Below are positions 38,608-51,520 of a stretch of DNA of 64,000 nt, one piece after another (position 1 is the stretch's first letter; each line of letters opens with the position of its first letter). Source of the DNA: Mobula hypostoma. Lineage: Eukaryota. Under the pieces are notes generated by a model. That model was not told the origin of the DNA and searched no databases. It saw only the letters and a list, made by a program, of their open reading frames with translations. The stretch covers positions 105,340,001 through 105,404,000 of the forward strand of contig NC_086097.1 of the NCBI RefSeq assembly GCF_963921235.1. The letters run 5' to 3'. A program made the translations under genes and the position numbers.

Positions 38608-39358
38608 GCAGTCCCCGGACAGTCCTTCCAGGTGAGGCGACACTTCACCTGTGAGTCGGCTGGGGTGATATACTGTGTCCGGTGCTCCCGATGTGGCCTT
38701 CTATATATTGGAGAGTCCCGACGCAGACTGGGAGATCGCTTTGCTGAACACCTACGCTCTGTCCGCCAGAGAAAACAGGATCTCCCAGTGGCCACACATT
38801 TTAATTTCACATCCCATTTCCATTCTGATATGTCTATCCACGGCCTCCTCTACTGTCAAGATGAAGCCACACTCAAGTTGGAGGAACAACACCTTAAATT
38901 CTGTCTGGGTAGCCTCCAACCTGATGGCATGAACATTGACTTCTCTAACTTCCGCTAATGCCCCACCTCCCCCTCTTACCCCATCCATTATTTATTTATA
39001 TACATACATTCTTTCTCTCTCTCTCTCCCTTTTCTCCCTCTGTCCCTCTGACTATACCCCTTGCCTATCCTCTGGGTTCCCCCCACCCCCCTTTTCGTTC
39101 TCCCTGGGCCTCCTGTCCCATGATCTTCTCATATCCCTTTTGCCAATCAACTGTCCAGCTCTTGGCTCCATCCCTCCCCCTCCTGTCTTCTCCCGTCATT
39201 TTGGATCTCCCCCTCCCCCTCCCCCTCCCCCTCCCACTTTCAAATCTCTTACTAGCTCTTCCTTCAGTTAGTCCTGACGAAGGGTCTCGGCCCGAAACGT
39301 CGACTGTACCTCTTCCTATAGGTGCTGCCTGGCCTGCTGCGTTCACCAGCAACCTTGA
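38608..39358 (+). mobile_element. Penelope-like element 3' part: GIY-YIG endonuclease plus hammerhead-bearing terminus
   Basis: ORF 38605-38958: FTCES.GVIYCVRCSRCGLLYIGES..RFAEH..VATHFN..E..QPDGMN. Confidence 0.9.
39269..39306 (+). ncRNA. Minimal type I hammerhead ribozyme (predicted cleavage after C39301)
   Basis: UAGUC-CUGACGA-A-GGGU(CUCG)GCCC-GAAAC-GUC^GACUG; helices I and II intact; loopless palindromic helix III ACGU. Confidence 0.8.
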
Positions 39359-39360
39359 TG

Positions 39361-42300
39361 AACATCATTGTAAATCTCCTCTGCACCCTCTCTATAGTTT
39401 CCACACCCTTCCTGTAGCGAGGTGATCAGAACTGAGCACAGTTCTCCAAGTGGGGTCTGACCAGGGTCCTATATACCTGCAACATTACCTTTCAGCTCTT
39501 AAATTCAATTCCACGATTGATAAAGGCCAATGCACCGTATGCCTTCCTAACCACAGAGTCAACCTGCGCAGCTGCTTTGAGCGTCCTATGGACTCGGACC
39601 CCAAGATCCCTCTGATATTCCACACTGCCAATAGCCTTACCATTAATACTATATTCTGCCATCATATTTGACTTAGCAAAATGAACAACTTCACACTTAT
39701 CTGGGTTGAACTCCATCTGCCACTTCTCAGCCCAGTTTTGCATCCTATCAGTGTCCCACTATAACCTCTGACAGCCCTCCACACTATCCACAACACCTCC
39801 ATCCTTTGTGTCATCAGCAAACTTACTAGCCCATCCCTCCACTTCCTCATCCAGGTCATTTATAAACATCACGAAGAGTAAGGGTCCCAGAACAGATCCC
39901 TGAGGCACACCACTGGTCACTGACTTCCATGCAGAAAATGACCCGTCTAAAACCACTCTTTGCCTTTTTTGGCAAGCCAGGTCTGGATCCACAAAGCAAT
40001 GTCCCCTTGGATCCCATGCCTCCTTACTTTCTCAATAAGCCTTGCGTGGGGTACCTTCTACTGCTCTTCCTTCATCAGTGTGTTTAGTCACATCCTCAAA
40101 AAATTCAATCAGGCTTGTAAGGCACGACCTGCCCTTGACAAAGCCATGCTGACTATTCCTAATATTATACCTCTCCAAATGTTCATAAATCCTCCCTCTC
40201 AGGATCTTCTCCATCAACTGACCAACCACTGAAGTAAGACTCACTGACCTATAATTTCCTGGGCTATCTCTACTCCCTTTCTTGAATAAGGGAACAATAT
40301 CCGCAACCCTCCAATCCTCCGGAATCTCTCCCGTCCCCATTAATCACCGCCAGAGATCAGCAATCTCCTCCCTCGCCTCCCACAGTACCCTCAGGTACAT
40401 CTCATCCGGTCCAGGTGACTTATCCAACTTGATGCTTTCCAAAAGCTCCAGCACATCCTCTTTCTTAATATCTACATGCTCAAGCTTTTTAGTCAGCTCT
40501 ACAATCTCCAAGATCCTTTTCCATAGTGAATACTGGAGTATTCATTAAGTACCTTCGCTATTTCATCCAGTTCCATACACACTTTCCCACTATCACACTT
40601 GATAGGTCCTATTCCTTCACGTCTTATCCTTTTGCTCTTCACATACTTGTAGAATGCCTTGGGGTTTTCCTTAATCCTGCCCGCCAAGGCCTTCTCATGG
40701 CCCCTTCTGGCTCTCCTAATTTCCTTTTTAAGCTCCTTCCTATTAGCCTTATGATGTTCAAGCTCTCTGAACCTTTTGTAAGATTTTCTTTTCTTCTTGA
40801 CTAGATTTATTACAGCCTTTGTACACCACAGTTCCTGTACCCTACCATAACTTCCCTGTCTCATTCGAACGTACCTATGCAGAACTCCACACAAATATCC
40901 CCTGAACATTTGCCACATTTCTTCCGTACTTTTCCCTGAGAACATCTGTTCCCAATTTATATAACCATATAACAATTACAGCACGGAAACAAGCCATCTT
41001 GGCCCTTCTAGTCCATGCCGAACTCTTACTCTCACCTAGTCCCACCGACCTGCACTCAGCCCATAACCCTCCATTCCTTTCCTGTCCATATATCTATCCA
41101 TTTTTACTTTAAATGACAACATCGAACCTGCCTCAACCACTTCTGTTGGAAGTTCATTCCACACAGCTACCACTCTCTGAGTAAAGAGGTTCCCCCTCAT
41201 GTTACCCCTAAACTTTTGTCCTCTAACTCTCAAGCCATGTCCTCTTGTTTGAATCTTCCCCACTCTCAATGGAAAAAGTCTAACCATGTTAACCATGTTA
41301 TCAATCCCCCCATAATTTTAAATACCTCTATCAAGTCCCCCCTCAACCTTCTACGCTCCAAAGAATAAAGACCCAACTTGTTCAACCTTTCTCTGTAACT
41401 TAGGAGATGAAACTCAGGCAACATTTTAGTAAACCTCCTCTGTACTCTCTCAATTTTATTGACATCTTTCCTATAATTCGGTGACCAGAACTGTACACAA
41501 TATTCCAGATTTGGCCTTACCAATGCCTTCTACAAATTCAACATTACATCCCAACTCCTATACTCAATGCTCTGATTAATAAAGGCCAGCAAACCAAAAG
41601 CTTTCTTCACCACCCTATCCACATGAGATTCCATCTTCAGGGAACTATGCACCATTATTCCTAGATCCCTCTGTTCTAAAGCATTCTTTAATGCCCTACC
41701 ATTTACCATGTATGTCCTATTTTGATTAGTTCTACCAAAATGTAGCACCTCACATTTTTCAGCATTAAATTCCGTCTGCCATCTTTCAGCCCACTCTTCT
41801 AACTGTCCTAAATCTCTGCAAGTTTTGAAAACCTACCTCATCATCCACAACACCACCTATCTTAGTATCATCTGCATACTTACTAATCCAATTTACCACC
41901 CCATCATCCAGATCATTAATATATATTACAAACAACATTGGACCCAGTACAGATCCCTGAGGCACACCGACACACCGTCCTCCAATCTGACACACAGTTA
42001 TCCACCACTACTCTCTGTCGTCTCCCATGCTGAATCCATATTACTACTTCCATATTAATGCTTAATGATTGAACCTTCCTAACTAACCTTCCGTGTGGAA
42101 CCTTGTCAAAGGCTTTACTGAAGTCCATATAGACAACATCCACCGTTTTACCCTCGTCAACTTTCTTAGTAACCTCATCAAAAAATTCAATAAGATTTGT
42201 CAAACATGACCTTCCACGTACAAATCCATGTTGACTGTTCCTAATCAGACCCTGTCTATCCAGAAAATTATATATACCATCTCTAAGAATACTCTCCATC

Positions 42301-44920
42301 AATTTACCCACCACTGACGTCAAACGCACAGGCCAATAATTGCCAGGTTTACTCTTAGAACCCTTTTTAAACAATGGAACCACATGAGAACCATATTCGT
42401 TTTTTAAGCCAATTCTCCGGCACCATCCCTGTTCCTAATGACATTTGAAGTATCTCTGTCAGAGCCCCTGCTATTTCTACACTAACTTCCCTCAAGGTCC
42501 TAGGGAACATCTTGTCCGGACGCAGAGACTTATCCACTTTTATATTCCTTAAAAGCGCCAGTACTTCCTCTTGTTTAATTGTCATACTCTCCATAACTAC
42601 CCTACTTGTTTCCTTTACCTTGCACAATTCAATATCCTTCTCCTTAGTGAATACTGAAGAAAAGAAATTGTTCAAAATCTCCCCCATCTCTTTTGGCTCC
42701 GCACATAGCCGTCCACTCTGATTCTCCAAGGGACCAATTTTATCCCTCACTATCCTTTTGCCACTAACATAACTGTAGAAACCCTTTGGATTTATTTTCA
42801 CCTTACTTGCCAAAGCAGCCTCGTATCTTCTTTTAGCTTTTCTAATTTCTTTCTTAAGATTCTTTTTAGATTCTTTATATTCCTCGAGTACTTCATTAAC
42901 TCCAAGCTGCCCATATTTATTGAAGATCCCTCTCTTTTTCTGAATCAGGTTTCTAATATCTCTTGAAAACCATGGCTCTCTCAAACTTTTAACCCTTCCT
43001 TTCAACCTAACAGGAACATAAAGATTCTGAACCCTCAAAATTTCACCTTTAAATGACCTCCATTTCTCTGTTACATCCTTTGCATAAAAACAAATTTTCC
43101 CAATCCACTCCTTTTAATCCTTTCGCATCTCCTCAAAGTTAGCCTTTCTCCAATCAAAAATCTCAATCCTAGGTCCAGTCCTATCCTTCTCCATAATTAC
43201 ACTGAAACTAATTGTATTGTGATTACTGGACCCGAAGTGCTCCCCAACACACCTCCGTCACCTGACCTATCTCATTCCCTAACAGGAGATCCAACGCTGC
43301 CCCTTCTCTAGTTGGTACCTCTATGTATTGCTGCAAAAAACTATCCTGCAAACATTTTACAAACTCCAAACCATCCAGCCCTTTTACAGAATGGGCTTCC
43401 CAGTCTATGTGTGGAAAATTTAAATCTCCCACAATCACAATCTTGTGCTTACTACAAATATCTGCTATCTCCTTACAAATTTGCTCCTCCAGTTCTCGGT
43501 CTCCATCAGGTGGTCTATAATAGACCCCTATAAGTGTCACTACACCTTTCCCATTCCTCAATTCCACCCAAATAGCCTCCCTAGACGAGCCCACTAATCT
43601 ATCCTGCCAGAGCACCACTGTTATATAATCTCTGACAAGCAATGCAGCACCTCCCCCTCTTGTCCCTCCTATTCTTTCACATCTGAAGCAACGAAATCCT
43701 GGAATATTTAGTTGCCAATCACACCCCTGCGACCATGTTTCACTAATAGCTACAACATCATTTTTCCAGGTATCAATCTCTAAGCTCATCCACCTTTCTT
43801 ACAATGCTCCTAAATAGATGCATTTAAGAAACTGTCCCCCTCCCACTCTTAATTTAAGCTCCAATCTCCTGCCTGATAGCCTCATAATTCCCCTTACTCC
43901 AATTAAACGCTTTTCTAACTTGTCTGTTCCTATCCCCCTCCAATGCTATGGTAAAGGAGATAGAATTGTGATCACTATCTCCAAAATGCTCTCCCACTGA
44001 GAGATCTGACACCTGACCAGGTTCATTTCCCAATACCAAATCAAGTACAGTCTCTTTTCTTGTAGGCTTATTGTGTCAAGAAACTTTCCTGAACACACCT
44101 AACAAAGTTCACCCCATCTAAACCCCTCGCTCGAGGGAGATGCCAATCGATATTTGGGAAATTAAAATCTTCCATCACGACAAATCTGCTATTACACCTT
44201 TCCAGGATCTGTTTCCCTTTCTGCTCCTCGACGTCCCTGTTACTATTGGGCGGCTTATAAAAAACACCCAGCAAAGTTATTGACCCCTTCCTGTTCCTAA
44301 CCTCCACCCACAGAGACTCCGTAGAGAATCCCTCCATGGCGTCCACCTTTTTTGCAGCCGTGACACTATCTCTGATCAACAGCACCACACCCCCACCTCT
44401 TTCGCCTCCCTCCCTGTCCTGTCTGAAACATCTAAAACCCGGCACTTGAAGTAACCATTCCTGTCCCTGAGCCATCCAGGTCTCTGTAATGGCCACCACA
44501 TCATAGCTCCAAGTACTGATCCTTGCTCTCAGCTCATCTGCTTTGTTCACAATACTCCTTGTGTTAAAATACACATCTCAAACCTTCCATCTGAGCGCGT
44601 CCATTTTCTTATCCTCCCTCACACACTGTCTCCAAGCTTTCTCTATTTGTGAGCCAGCTGCCTCTTCCCCAGTCTCTTCAGTTCGGTTCCCACCCCCCAA
44701 CAATTCTAGTTTAAACTCTCCCCAGTAGCCTTAGCAAACCTACCCACCAGGATATTTGTCCCCCTGGGATTCAAGTGCAACCCGTTCTTTTTATACAGGT
44801 CACACCTGCCCCAAAAGAGGTCCCAATGATCCAGAAATCTGAATCTCTGCCCCCTTCTCCAATCCCTCAGCCACGCATTTTATTTTATCCTCCACCTCAT
44901 TCTATTCCTATTCTCACTGT
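39361..44920 (-). mobile_element. CR1 LINE with APE endonuclease and RT, split by an inner CR1
   Basis: YFNTRSI..AITETW..DFNFP (44068-44574); RT pieces at 39492-40975. Confidence 0.88.
40960..43850 (-). mobile_element. Nested CR1 LINE of a different subfamily
   Basis: EN and RT pieces at 41036-43789; tail gttatatggttata; aattta duplicated at 40954-40959 and 43851-43856. Confidence 0.88.
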
Positions 44921-46756
44921 CATTTTTTCTCTTTCGTATTTGCACAATTCGTTGTCTTTTGCACATTGGCTGTTTGTCCTGTTGAGTGCGGTCTTTCATT
45001 GAATCTATTGTGTTTCTTGGATTTACAGTGTATGCCCACAGGAAAATGCATCTCAGTGTTGTATATGATGACAGATATGCACTTTGATAATAAATTTACT
45101 TTGAACTTTGACTCACTGGCCTGCTGTTCCATTGCTTGTCCCTGCTCCCTTTCTTGAATAAAGGTGAATGTGCCCCATAAGGATGCAAAAATCTTACGCA
45201 AGGCTTCAATAATCTCCTTTCTTGATTTCCACCATAGCCTTAGATACATCTCATTGGACCCGGGGGATGTATTTCACATTTATTTAGTTGAAGACATCTG
45301 GGGAAAATCCTGACAATTCTGGACAATGTTTCTCACCCTCTGCATGCCACCTTGGCTGAACAGGGCAGCACTTTTAGTAATAGTCTGCGCTGCTCCAAAG
45401 AGCACTATACAAGGTCATTGTTACCCTTAGCCATTCGGCTCTATGATGAGTGTCCCTATCGCTGGGGAAGTGATGACCCCCTCCTGTTGGACTGTGGTAA
45501 CTTATTTTTTATTCTTTCTTACTTCTCTTCTGCACTTGTAATGCTACTGTGACACTATAATTTCCTTCGCAATCAATAAAGTATCTATCTTAATGCTAAT
45601 ATCCTGTCGAATATCACCAACATTTACCCCTCAATTCTCAATCTACCTTATTGCCTTCCTTGCCAACACCCCCTAGCTCTACACACAGATTCCTCATGGA
45701 CCACCTTTGCCCTCCTAATTTTTTAAGTTCTCACCTACCACCTCCCTGGTTCTTAAGGGTCTCTCCAGTTTTTAGTCACTTTTCTTTAACTTATTTCTAT
45801 TGATTAAATTCTCAATGTCCCCTCATCCAGAGTTCCCTGATCTAACTGTATTTACTTTTCATACTTAGAATGTGTTGGTTCTGATCTCTCGTAAAAGACT
45901 AATTTGTTTACCTGCAAGCCCTGTCAAGTTTCACCAAGCCCTGTCATTACCTTGTGTGTTGTATGTAAGTAGTGCACCTTGGTTTGACAGTGGACATGTA
46001 TACAGATGAATAACAATAACACTGAACTCATTGAAATCCACCTTCTGCCAATTTAACACAACTTCCCGTGCACATTTACCAGAACGTACCCCAGAACGCC
46101 CTCAGTGATGCATCCCTTTCTGTGTGTGTCTCTCTCTCACTCACCCCTCTTCCCCCACCACCCCAAGTGATATTGTGTCTGTCTGGGTGTGAGTGTGTGT
46201 CTGTTTCCGAGTCCGTAGTGATATCATGGTGTGAGTGTTGATGTGAATTTGTGTCTGTCTGGGTTCCAAGTGATCGATGAAGCCACCGATTCATTTTTGT
46301 GTGGTGTGTCTGTGTATGGGCCCAGAGTGATGTCACGGGTCTGTGTATTTTCAAGTCCCAAATGGTGTCACAGCATAGTGGGGGGTGAATGATGTGTTTC
46401 AGGGTCAGAAATCTTGTCACAGATGTGTGCATATGTCTCAGGATCAAAGGTGTTGGCTTTCTCGGTCAGATGTGTGTGTGTCTCCATGGTCCTGAGGTGA
46501 TGTCATGGAGTTGTGTGTGTGCGCGCGCGCAACGAGTGTGTTTTTGTCTGTCTTAGGGTCACAGGGTTTCTTCTTCTTCAGTTCACTGCTCTGTGTGTCT
46601 ACGTCTGTCTTTGCAATCTTTATTTCATTGAGATATCTGACTGTGAAGTTTTGCATTTATTCATATTATTTTAATTCTGTGCAAATGCCATGAGTAGCTG
46701 ACAGGTGATGACCATTAATTCCCTAAAGTTTGCTTCTCAGTGTGATTGAGGTGAGG

Positions 46757-46846
46757 ATGCAGACCAATAACACCTCGGACCCCACGGCACCAAATCCAGC
46801 TGCCTGCTTTCTGCAGAGGTGTCTGCGATCTGGGATGTTGTCACAG
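46757..46846 (+). CDS. HAUS2: HAUS2 first coding exon (MQTNNTSDPTAPNPAACFLQRCLRSGMLSQ); exon starts at 46741
   Basis: ttctcag acceptor and CAG|gtaagt donor; aligns with human [31 protein letters not shown]; head-to-head with LRRC57. Confidence 0.82.
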
Positions 46847-46902
46847 GTAAGTCTGGCTCACCTCCTAGCTGAAGCTGATGGTAAATTGGTATGATTATCT
46901 TT

Positions 46903-47034
46903 ACAACACACACAAAATGCTGGAGGAACTCAGCAGGCCAGGCAGGTCTATAGATGCTGTATGACTTGCTGAGTTCCTCCAGCATTTTGTGTGTATTGCT
47001 TGGACTTCCAGCATCTGCAGATTTTCTCTAGTTT
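46903..47034. mobile_element. Small fold-back Penelope-terminus element
   Basis: 28-bp perfect inverted arms 46908-46935 / 46967-46994. Confidence 0.75.
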
Positions 47035-47126
47035 ATGTTTATCCTTAAGTTGTCAGTATTTTTGCTTTGCCTTCTCCAGAGCAGATGTGGACAACAATAG
47101 GGAAAGGTTGGTGCCTGAGTGCATAT

Positions 47127-49637
47127 GTACGTGGTGGTAGGAGGACGTGGCTGAGTACGTGGTGGTAGGAGGACGTGGCTGAGCGCGTGGTGGTAGGAGG
47201 ACGTGGCTGAGTACGTGGTGGTAGGAGGACGTGCCTGAGGACATGGTGGTAGGAGGACGTGGCTGAGCGCGTGGTGGTAGGAGGACGTGGCTGAGCGCGT
47301 GGTGGTAGGAGGACGTGGCTGAGTACGTGGTGGTAGGAGGACATGCCTGAGCGCGTGGTGGTAGGAGGACGTGGCTGAGCGCGTGGTGGTAGGAGGACAT
47401 GCCTGAGCGCGTGGTGGTAGGAGGACGTGGCTGAGCGCGTGGTGGTAGGAGGACGTGGCTGAGTGCGTGGTGGTAGGAGGACGTGGCTGAGCGCGTGGTG
47501 GTAGGAGGACGTGGCTGAGCGCGTGGTGGTAGGAGGACATGCCTGAGCGCGTGGTGGTAGGAGGACGTGGCTGAGCGCGTGGTGGTAGGAGGACGTGGCT
47601 GAGGACGTGGTGGTAGGAGGACGTGGCTGAGCGCGTGGTGGTAGGAGGACGTGGCTGAGTACGTGGTGGTAGGAGGACGTGCCTGAGCGCGTGGTGGTAG
47701 GAGGACGTGCCTGAGGACATGGTGGTAGGAGGACGTGGCTGAGCGCGTGGTGGTAGGAGGACATGCCTGAGCGCGTGGTGGTAGGAGGACGTGGCTGAGC
47801 GTGTGGTGGTAGGAGGACGTGGCTGAGTACGTGGTGGTAGGAGGACGTGCCTGAGCGCGTGGTGGTAGGAGGACGTGGCTGAGCGCGTGGTGGTAGGAGG
47901 ACGTGGCTGAGTACGTGGTGGTAGGAGGACGTGGCTGAGGACATGGTGGTAGGAGGACGTGCCTGAGCGCGTGGTGGTAGGAGGACGTGCCTGAGCGCGT
48001 GGTGGTAGGAGGACGTGGCTGAGTACGTGGTGGTAGGAGGACGTGGCTGAGTACGTGGTGGTAGGAGGACGTGCCTGAGCGCGTGGTGGTAGGAGGACGT
48101 GGCTGAGCGCGTGGTGGTAGGAGGACGTGGCTGAGTACGTGGTGGTAGGAGGACGTGCCTGAGCGCGTGGTGGTAGGAGGACGTGCCTGAGGACATGGTG
48201 GTAGGAGGACGTGGCTGAGCGCGTGGTGGTAGGAGGACATGCCTGAGCGCGTGGTGGTAGGAGGACGTGGCTGAGCGCGTGGTGGTAGGAGGACGTGGCT
48301 GAGTACGTGGTGGTAGGAGGACGTGCCTGAGCGCGTGGTGGTAGGAGGACGTGCCTGAGGACATGGTGGTAGGAGGACGTGGCTGAGTACGTGGTGGTAG
48401 GAGGACGTGGCTGAGCGCGTGGTGGTAGGAGGACGTGGCTGAGCGCGTGGTGGTAGGAGGACATGCCTGAGCGCGTGGTGGTAGGAGGACGTGGCTGAGC
48501 GCGTGGTGGTAGGAGGACGTGGCTGAGTGCGTGGTGGTAGGAGGACGTGGCTGAGCGCGTGGTGGTAGGAGGACATGCCTGAGTGCGTGGTGGTAGGAGG
48601 ACGTGGCTGAGCGCGTGGTGGTAGGAGGACATGCCTGAGCGCGTGGTGGTAGGAGGACGTGGCTGAGCGCGTGGTGGTAGGAGGACGTGGCTGAGGACGT
48701 GGTGGTAGGAGGACGTGGCTGAGCGCGTGGTGGTAGGAGGACGTGGCTGAGTACGTGGTGGTAGGAGGACGTGCCTGAGGACATGGTGGTAGGAGGACGT
48801 GGCTGAGCGCGTGGTGGTAGGAGGACGTGGCTGAGGACATGGTGGTAGGAGGACGTGGCTGAGTACGTGGTGGTAGGAGGACGTGGCTGAGGACATGGTG
48901 GTAGGAGGACGTGGCTGAGGACATGGTGGTAGGAGGACGTGGCTGAGCGTGTGGTGGTAGGAGGACGTGCCTGAGGACATGGTGGTAGGAGGACGTGGCT
49001 GAGTACGTGGTGGTAGGAGGACGTGGCTGAGTACGTGGTGGTAGGAGGACGTGCCTGAGGACGTGGTGGTAGGAGGACGTGGCTGAGCGCGTGGTGGTAG
49101 GAGGACGTGCCTGAGCGCGTGGTGGTAGGAGGACGTGCCTGAGGACATGGTGGTAGGAGGACGTGCCTGAGGACATGGTGGTAGGAGGACGTGCCTGAGC
49201 ACGTGGTGGTAGGAGGACGTGGCTGAGCACGTGGTGGTAGGAGGACGTGCCTGAGCGCGTGGTGGTAGGAGGACGTGCCTGAGGACATGGTGGTAGGAGG
49301 ACGTGGCTGAGCGCGTGGTGGTAGGAGGACGTGGCTGAGCGCGTGGTGGTAGGAGGACGTGGCTGAGCACGTGGTGGTAGGAGGACGTGGCTGAGCGCGT
49401 GGTGGTAGGAGGACGTGGCTGAGCACGTGGTGGTAGGAGGACGTGGCTGAGCGCGTGGTGGTAGGAGGACGTGGCTGAGCGCGTGGTGGTAGGAGGACGT
49501 GCCTGAGGACATGGTGGTAGGAGGACGTGGCTGAGCGCGTGGTGGTAGGAGGACGTGGCTGAGCGCGTGGTGGTAGGAGGACGTGGCTGAGCGCGTGGTG
49601 GTAGGAGGGCGTGCCTGAGTACGTGGTGGTAGGAGGA
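47127..49637. repeat. 28-bp minisatellite (gtggtggtaggaggacgtggctgagcgc), ~90 copies
   Basis: Directly visible tandem array with variants at two positions. Confidence 0.97.
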
Positions 49638-49789
49638 ATGGAACCATGTTAGACTGTTCAGAGTACGAGTCTGAGCAAGTAGATGCAGCTCAGCTCCGGT
49701 GGGCAAGCACACGGGACAGTGAATGTAACTCGTTAAGTTTCAAAGTAGTTATGCCAAGGGATAGGAAGAGTCCAGAAATTAAAGTATTT

Positions 49790-51520
49790 GAAATTAGGAA
49801 AGGCTAATTTCAATGTCATTTGGATGAGACATTAAAAGCATAAACTGGGAGAGACTACAGTTGAGTAAATCTCCTTTCTGGAAGTGGGTCTTGTAAAAAG
49901 TGAAATAGTGAGCATTCAGAAGCAACATTCCTGTTGGGGGTGAATGGCAAGGAAGGCAACTCCCGGGACCTTGGGTCAAGAGGTAATATCTGAGAGGAAG
50001 TGTGTGTCAGGTGAAGAACATAGAGAGTCGAGGTGGGTGGTACGAGAAATAAGAAGGGCAAAGAGGGTCACAAAATATCGTTGGCAGATAAGGTTAAGGA
50101 AAGAAGTAAATAAGATGGAAAGAGTACAGAAAAAAATTACACAGATGCTGCTGGGTCTGGAGGATCTGAGTTATAAAGAAAGATTGAGCAAGTTAGGACT
50201 TTATTCCTTAGAATGTAGAAGAATGAGACGATATTTGATAGAGGTATACAAAATTATGAGGGTTATAGATGGGGTAATGAAAGCACCCTTTTCCCACTGT
50301 AGTTGGGTGGGACTGCAACCAGAGTCATGGTTTAAGGGTGAAAGGTGAGAAGTTTAGACCACAAGACGTAGGAGCAGAATTCAGCCATTTGGCCCATCGA
50401 GTCTGCTCCGCCATTCAATCATGGCTGAATCCTTTTTTCCCCTCCTCAGCCTCATTTCCTGGCCTTCTCCCTGTAACCTTTGATGCCATTTCCAATCAAG
50501 AACCTATCAATCTCTGCCTTAAGTACACCCAACAACCTGGCCACCACAGCTACATGTGGTAACAAATTACACAAATTCACCACCCTTTGGCTAAAAAAAG
50601 TTTTTCAGCTTTTTGAGCACCTTCTCCCTTGTAACAGTAACTGCACTTACTTTTCTTCCCTCACACCCTGCAACATCTGATACACTCCTGGTGTCTTCCA
50701 CAGTGAAGACTGATGCAAAGTACTCATTTAGTTCATCTGCCATCTCTTTTCTCCCTTTATTTCTCCAGCCTCATTTTCTAGCGGTCCTATATCCACTCTC
50801 ATCTCATTTTTTTTAACATCTTTACAGAAGCTTTTACTATCCGCTTTGATGTTTGCTAGCTTGCTTTCATATTTCATGATTTTTTTAGTTGCTCTCTGTA
50901 GGTTTTTAAATGCTTCCCAATCCTCCATCTTCCTGCTAATTTTTGCTTCGTTGTATGCCTCTCTTTTGCTTTTACATTAGCTTTGACTCTTCTGGTCAGC
51001 CATGATTTTACTATTTTGCCATTTGAGTATTTCTTCATTTTTTTGCCTATGTCTGTCCTGCATCTTTCTCATTTTTCCCAGAAACTTACGCCATTGCTGC
51101 TCTGCTGACATCCCTGCCAGCATCTCCTTCCAATGTACTTTGGCTAACTCTTCTCCCACACCACTGTAGTTTCCTTTCCTCCACTGAAATACTGCAACAT
51201 CAGACTTCACTTTTTCCCTATCAAATTATAAGTTGAATTTGATCAAATTGTGATCACTGCTCAGGGTCTTTTTACTTTAAGCTACCTGATCACCTCTGGT
51301 TCATTACATAACATCCAATCCATTATAGCTGATCCCTAGTAGGCTCAACAAGCTGCTCTAAAATGCCATCTCATAAACATTCAATAAACTCACTCCCTTG
51401 ACATCCATTACCAACCTGATTTTCCCAATTGACTTGCATGTTGAACTCTCCCATGACTATCAGAACATTGTCCTTTTGACATCCCTTTTCTATTTCCTAT
51501 TGTAATCTGTGGTCCACAGG
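49790..51520. mobile_element. Cluster of decayed CR1 fragments in both orientations
   Basis: MERVQKK..LGLYSLE (+); EDWEAFKN..DIGPLENE (-). Confidence 0.7.

Noticed and set aside
46105..46560. TG-rich region with recurring gtgatgtca-like motifs
   Set aside because: Looks like decayed low-complexity repeat; no unit could be defined.
47127..49637. CRISPR-like array
   Set aside because: No unique spacers, no cas genes, vertebrate intron.
47028..49712. Three 790-890 aa minus-strand ORFs
   Set aside because: Artefact of a 28-bp unit with no stop codon in any minus frame.
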